Positions 59,815 to 64,000 of a stretch of DNA of 64,000 nucleotides are shown in pieces. The translations under genes were made by a program, and so were the position numbers. The notes under the pieces are model-generated. The model ran no database searches and was not told the DNA's origin. It saw only the letters and a program-made list of their open reading frames with translations. Origin of the DNA: an uncultured Acidimicrobiaceae bacterium (GTDB lineage Bacteria; Actinomycetota; Acidimicrobiia; Acidimicrobiales; RAAP-2). The stretch covers positions 46,253 through 110,252 of the forward strand of contig CAWKKE010000018.1 of assembly GCA_963850185.1 (NCBI GenBank), written 5' to 3'. Within the stretch, counting starts at the first letter, position 1, and every line of letters starts with the position of its first letter.

Positions 59815-60753
59815 ATGACGGCTTGGCAACCTACGTGGAGACACGCGTCGCGAATTGCGATCGGGACGCTCGTGCTTGCGGCTGCCGGATTGTTCATTGC
59901 CTCCCCCGCCGGAGCCACCACTGCGACGTACACCAATCCAACTTCCTGTTCGGCATCCGTGCAAGGCGGTGTCTGCATTGCCGGCGTCAGCGTGAACTAC
60001 GACACAGCGACTGTGTCATTGCAGATGACAGTCGGGAAAGCGACGGACCCGACTACCGATCCGAACTGGCTGACTGCCGATTTCTCCACGGAGGTGGCGT
60101 GGGCAATCGCCACAACCAGCACTGCTGCGCCCGCATACGTCGCCGAGGCGGACAGCAACGCAAACGCACCCGGCACCTTCAGTGGCGCCGTGTATGCCGC
60201 AGGCTCTCCCACCAAGAACCTGTGTGACGGCACCAGTGGCGTCACTGTCTCGTTCGATCTCACATCGAACGAGTACAGCCTCAGCTTCCCGTCCTCGTGC
60301 ATCGGATCGCCTGCGTCCCTGAGCGTGCAGGCCGGCTGGGACTACGCCACTGCCGCCAGCGGCACAGGCGTGAGCGCGGTCGTTCCAGGGAGTGCCCAGA
60401 CGTTCATGACGTGCTGCACGGCGACGCCGAGTGCGGACCCGATGCCCTCTTCGACCACGACCACGACGTCCTCGTCAACGACAACCTCGAGCTCGACCAC
60501 CACATCGACGACCTCCACCGCGTCCACGACGTCCACAATTCCCGCAACCACCACGACGATCGCTCCAGTGACGTCGGCATCGACTTCGTCGGGAAGTTCG
60601 GGAAACACCGGCTCGGGAACCTCGTCGTTGGCTTCGACAGGTAGCGGCAGTGACACGCCGGTCTTGTTGGCGGTAGGAGCGCTTTTGGCTCTGGGAGGAG
60701 CTGTCGGTCGCCTTGTCAGAAGGCGCAGGCCCACAAAACATCGGGCCGGCTAA
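59815..60753 (+). CDS. secreted cell-wall-anchored protein with LAxTG sorting signal
   Basis: Signal peptide 'IAIGTLVLAAAGLFIASPAGA', a Thr/Ser-rich stalk, 'LASTG' (60628-60642), then a hydrophobic span and the 'RRRRP' tail. Confidence 0.75.
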   Translation: MTAWQPTWRHASRIAIGTLVLAAAGLFIASPAGATTATYTNPTSCSASVQGGVCIAGVSVNYDTATVSLQMTVGKATDPTTDPNWLTADFSTEVAWAIATTSTAAPAYVAEADSNANAPGTFSGAVYAAGSPTKNLCDGTSGVTVSFDLTSNEYSLSFPSSCIGSPASLSVQAGWDYATAASGTGVSAVVPGSAQTFMTCCTATPSADPMPSSTTTTTSSSTTTSSSTTTSTTSTASTTSTIPATTTTIAPVTSASTSSGSSGNTGSGTSSLASTGSGSDTPVLLAVGALLALGGAVGRLVRRRRPTKHRAG

Positions 60754-61206
60754 CCGCAATTCGGGATTCTTTACGACCAGAGAGCCGCGAGACAATCCAC
60801 GAAGGCAGCCTCGGTCATCATCAGCGCGCGCTCGCGGAGCTCCGGCCTGTGCATCGCCCTGCATATCCGCACCTGCTCAAAACAGAGCAAACGAAAGTTC
60901 CTGAGGCTCTCGTCGAGGAGCTCGGCGCCCATCACCTGGGTGTCGTCTTCCATCCTTCCCCGTCGACGGATTCGACTCCCGTCTTGAGGAAGAGCTCCAG
61001 CGGAAGGTTGGGCCGTGAGTGTCCCGCCTGGATCCTCCATGTCTTTCGCCTCGGGTGACACCGTTTGCGTCGGTCAGCTGCAGCACCATCACCTTGACTA
61101 CGGCACCGGTGACGGGCACGGTCGGAGGTCCGACGCCGACGACCTTCTCTATTCCCCGACCAAGAACCGGTTCTCGCGGTCAGCAGCACGGGCTGAGGGA
61201 AATGGG

Positions 61207-61761
61207 ATGGCCCGGCCATTCGTCCGAAGAATCAACGGTCCGGTCTCGAGAGATGCCAAACTTTTTTCTGTGACCTCATACAGCCCGTCGGTCTGGCACG
61301 ACTTCTTCATGGGGACGATCGGAGCGTCGGCAGCTCTGACCGGACTCCTGTTCGTGGCGATCTCGATCAATCTCGAGCAGATACTCAAATATCCCCAGCT
61401 GCCCGGGAGGGCAGCGGTCACCCTCGGGGTGTTGGTGAGCGCACTGGTGGTGTCCGGGTTCGGGCTGGCACCCGGGCAAAGCAATCGTGCCCTTGGTATC
61501 GAGATTGCTGCCGCTGGGGCAGTCGTGGCGGTACAGGCTCTCTGGGTGACCCACGGAAAGCGGGCGCCAGAGGAACCTGAGGCGTGGGTGATTGAGCACC
61601 TGGTCACGTTGCTGCTCCCGAGCGTCACCTTTGTGATCGGAGGTGTGAGCTTGGCGGTGGGCGAAGGAGGCGGCCTCTACTGGGTACTCGCCGCCATCCT
61701 GTTCGCGTTCGTCTCTGCGTCCATCAACGGCTGGGTGCTGCTGGTCGAGATCAAGCGATAG
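61207..61761 (+). CDS. hypothetical polytopic membrane protein
   Basis: 184 aa from an internal ATG of ORF 61015..61761, with 4-5 hydrophobic spans. Confidence 0.55.
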   Translation: MARPFVRRINGPVSRDAKLFSVTSYSPSVWHDFFMGTIGASAALTGLLFVAISINLEQILKYPQLPGRAAVTLGVLVSALVVSGFGLAPGQSNRALGIEIAAAGAVVAVQALWVTHGKRAPEEPEAWVIEHLVTLLLPSVTFVIGGVSLAVGEGGGLYWVLAAILFAFVSASINGWVLLVEIKR

Positions 61762-61782
61762 TCGGCCGGTACGCAGGAGGGA

Positions 61783-61860
61783 TGTGCCGCCGTGCAGCTC
61801 GGCGCATCGTGTGCCGAAACGACCCCGGCCCGTCACAAGCAGGCCGGGGTCGTTTCGTAC
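61783..61860 (-). repeat. hairpin-containing repeat, copy B (16-bp stem 61815-61830/61842-61857), inverted relative to copy A
   Basis: The reverse complement reads TACGAAACGACCCCGGCCTGCTTGTGACGGGCCGGGGTCGTTTCGGCACACGATGCGCCGAGCTGCACGGCGG, closely matching 8751-8829 apart from a 9-nt indel. Confidence 0.8.
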
Positions 61861-62094
61861 ACCTCGGCAAGTGTGTTCGGAGGGATTAGCGAATCCCTTG
61901 TCTGGGAATGGAGCGGGTGGCGATAGGTCCATGACCGTTGGGGGTGTGTGAGCGGCTGCGAGCCGCGCAGCGTTGCGGCCGCCCTTCGGGGCGGCCGTCT
62001 CGCGGGGTCTCAGTCCTCGAGCCTGTCGATCTTCACCAATGCGGACCGCGCTGCTCCATTCAGGTGGCGGGCAGAACCCGCTCACGTCACCACG

Positions 62095-62982
62095 TCACGT
62101 CGTAGGGGCGGGAGACGGCGAGGCCCCGCCGATCGCAACCCCGCTGTCGGGAGGAACCTCGGCAGAACCCAACAGCATGATGCCGACGATGGCCACCACC
62201 AGGCCCACGGCCGCCGAAGCGACATGGCCGCCGCCGCTGGCCGAGAGCCTTTCTCCGTAGACGATGATCCCTAACGTCACGCTGGAGAACAGCGTCACGG
62301 CATTGCTCGACGCCATGGCAGGAGCGAGCACGCCGGTTTTGAGCGCCCCCTGCTGAAGGGCGAAGCCGATGACGGCCGAGATCACGAGAACGTAGACCGA
62401 CCAATCGGCGAGAAGCGACAGTGCTCCATGGCCCAGCTCCCCGACGAAAGTCTTGGTCACGGCGGCTTGGAGCCCGTAGCCGAAGCCGGCGGCGCTGCCG
62501 AACAGGAGGGCCTTCGACGCCCCCTTCATCCTGGTTCCGAAAGCAGCCAAAGCAGCGACCAGGACCAGTGTCCCGAGGCAGGCCCCCCACCACACGGAAG
62601 CACTTGGGTGGTTCGTGCCGCCGCTCGGGGCACCGGCCCACAGGAAGAACATGATGCCGACCAGCACAGCCGAGGCACCAACCCACTCCCTCGGCCCTAT
62701 GTGCTGTTTGGTGAGCCAGATCCCCAGTGGAAGCGCAATCACCAGGCTCATAGCAGTCAGGGACTGCACGACGACCAAAGGGCCGCGGTCGAGTGCCCCG
62801 GCCTGAAGGATCCACCCCGCAGTCTGAGCGATCATTCCGGCCAGCCATACGGGCTTCTGAAAAATCTCGACCAAGAATCGTGGATCGTTCTCCCCCGAGG
62901 AGGTCTGCAGCGTCCCTTTCTGCTGCAGGACCGTGCCGAAGGCGAAGGCCAAGGCGGCCAGGGCCGCTAACCCGTACGCCAC
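62095..62982 (-). CDS. DMT/EamA-like membrane transporter family protein
   Basis: 295 aa, ~9-10 hydrophobic spans, N-terminus 'YGLAALAALAFAFGTVLQQKG'. Confidence 0.7.
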   Translation of the reverse strand: MAYGLAALAALAFAFGTVLQQKGTLQTSSGENDPRFLVEIFQKPVWLAGMIAQTAGWILQAGALDRGPLVVVQSLTAMSLVIALPLGIWLTKQHIGPREWVGASAVLVGIMFFLWAGAPSGGTNHPSASVWWGACLGTLVLVAALAAFGTRMKGASKALLFGSAAGFGYGLQAAVTKTFVGELGHGALSLLADWSVYVLVISAVIGFALQQGALKTGVLAPAMASSNAVTLFSSVTLGIIVYGERLSASGGGHVASAAVGLVVAIVGIMLLGSAEVPPDSGVAIGGASPSPAPTT

Positions 62983-63056
62983 TGTCGCCCCCTAACCGCG
63001 GCCGGTCGACCGCCTCGAACCGGACATGAGATCAGAAGTCGTCGTGGCCGCAGTTC

Positions 63057-63356
63057 TCAGACGACTACTGGCTCCTCGACCTGCCCGGGGGGAGCAGTGC
63101 CGGTGACGGCCTTCCAGCCGAGAGCAGCGAGCCGGGCGCTGGTCATCTTCGCGATGGCGAGGCCGATTCCGGCTGCCGCCGCCCATAAGAGGGCGTCCGG
63201 CCACGAGAAACCCGGTCTTGTCGGATCAAATGGCGTCACAGGTGCCGTGTCCTTGCGGATGGCCCGATAGGTCGCCCTAATGAGCTTTCGGGCGAGCAGG
63301 CCGCCGAGCATCCCGGTGAGGGTGGAGACGAGCCTCCAGATCCGCTCGCTCCCCAT
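63057..63356 (-). CDS. DUF4235-like small membrane protein
   Basis: 'LTGMLGGLLARKLIRATYRAI...WPDALLWAAAAGIGLAIAKMTSARLAALGWKAVTG'. Start taken at ATG 63356. Confidence 0.6.
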   Translation of the reverse strand: MGSERIWRLVSTLTGMLGGLLARKLIRATYRAIRKDTAPVTPFDPTRPGFSWPDALLWAAAAGIGLAIAKMTSARLAALGWKAVTGTAPPGQVEEPVVV

Positions 63357-63541
63357 CACGTGTGCGCGCTCATCGATGGGCACATCTGGACTGTAGCTGC
63401 GCCCGGCCCCATTGTCCCCCTTGCGTCTGCGATTCAGCGGCAGGAGGCGGGGCCCGCATTCGGCACGTCAACCTCCACTGCCGACCACAGTGCATGATGA
63501 AGACGCACCGAATCGCTCGTGCACTCACGATCGGAGAAGAG

Positions 63542-64000
63542 ATGACGGATGTGACGCAACGACCGGACACAGCGCCGAACGCCGTGCCCCACCTCACGGT
63601 CGAGGAGCGCGTCAAGCTCGGCAAGGAGGCACGCGCCCGCGCCCCCCGTTCGTCGCAGGCAGAATTCACTCCTGCGACGAACCGGCCGGACCCGGTCAGC
63701 CTCCTCGAGCGACAGGGCACGACCCGGGTACCCGAACTGCTTCCGATCCGCTACGGGCGGATGCTGGTCTCGCCGTTCACCTTCTTCCGCGGCGCGGCGC
63801 TCATCATGGCTTCAGATCTGGCCACCACTCCCCGGTCAGGCTTCAATGCACAGGTTTGTGGAGACGCCCATCTCTCGAACTTCGGTCTCTTCGCTTCGCC
63901 GGAGCGAAAGCTGATGTTCGATGTCAATGACTTCGACGAGACCCTGCCGGGGCCATGGGAGTGGGATCTCAAGAGGCTCGCCGCCAGCGCGGTGATCGCG
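63542..64000 (+). CDS. DUF2252 domain protein (3' end outside window)
   Basis: ATG 63542 is preceded by GGAGAAG, and the frame stays open to the window end. Contains 'LLPIRYGRMLVSPFTFFRGAALIMASDLA' and 'CGDAHLSNFGLFASPERKLMFDVNDFDETLPGPWEWDLKRLAAS'. Confidence 0.85.
   Translation, partial: MTDVTQRPDTAPNAVPHLTVEERVKLGKEARARAPRSSQAEFTPATNRPDPVSLLERQGTTRVPELLPIRYGRMLVSPFTFFRGAALIMASDLATTPRSGFNAQVCGDAHLSNFGLFASPERKLMFDVNDFDETLPGPWEWDLKRLAASAVIA

Noticed and set aside
60771-60953. 60-aa minus-strand ORF after the LAxTG gene
   Set aside because: It is short, has no motif or RBS, and could equally be non-coding spacer.
61276-62085. 269-aa minus-strand ORF spanning the convergent spacer and the antisense of the membrane gene
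   Set aside because: Its composition and lack of motifs indicate non-coding sequence. It crosses the strong hairpins.

Overview
GC-rich, actinobacterial-type chromosome segment, mostly core genes. The centre (about 15.5-43.5 kb) is a long, mainly minus-strand housekeeping block: HAD phosphatase, phasin-like protein, tlyA, nadK, recN, pyrG, NUDIX, xerD, DksA-like, M50 protease, scpA, scpB, rluB, aroH, tyrA, aroA-cmk, plsC, DUF512 radical-SAM protein, der. From memory, this order matches the tlyA-ppnK-recN...pyrG...xerD...scpAB-cmk-engA region of Mycobacterium. The block also holds trpS, ispH, a 2-oxoacid dehydrogenase operon (E1alpha-E1beta-E2) and ku. The flanks (0-15 kb and 43.5-64 kb) are accessory and envelope-flavoured. 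They carry ECF sigma/anti-sigma/lepB, a DUF2142 gene, three GT-C membrane glycosyltransferases, tRNA-Pro(GGG), a GAF-GGDEF protein with a degenerate active site and a stand-alone PilZ protein. They also carry an Ig-repeat/beta-propeller surface protein, an LAxTG-anchored protein, a cyclase-AAA-TPR regulator, zwf and an MpaB-like oxygenase. I saw no CRISPR array, transposase, prophage, toxin-antitoxin or recognisable defence system, and I cannot honestly point to a convincing new multi-gene system. The main caveat is also the main observation: many conserved genes, including trpS, aroA and nadK, are interrupted by single-base frame changes. These are sparse in the core block and dense in three accessory loci, so gene boundaries and some apparent fusions must be read with care. 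The best leads are: (1) an ~80-nt hairpin-containing element present twice in inverted orientation, each in a long structured spacer; (2) an AroA-Cmk fusion with no stop codon in any frame; (3) a phasin-like protein with 11-residue Lys/Thr/Gly repeats in the tlyA operon; (4) a c-di-GMP receptor-type pair (I-site-only GGDEF, and a PilZ gene behind an 850-nt hairpin-rich leader); (5) apparent decay of envelope and surface genes.
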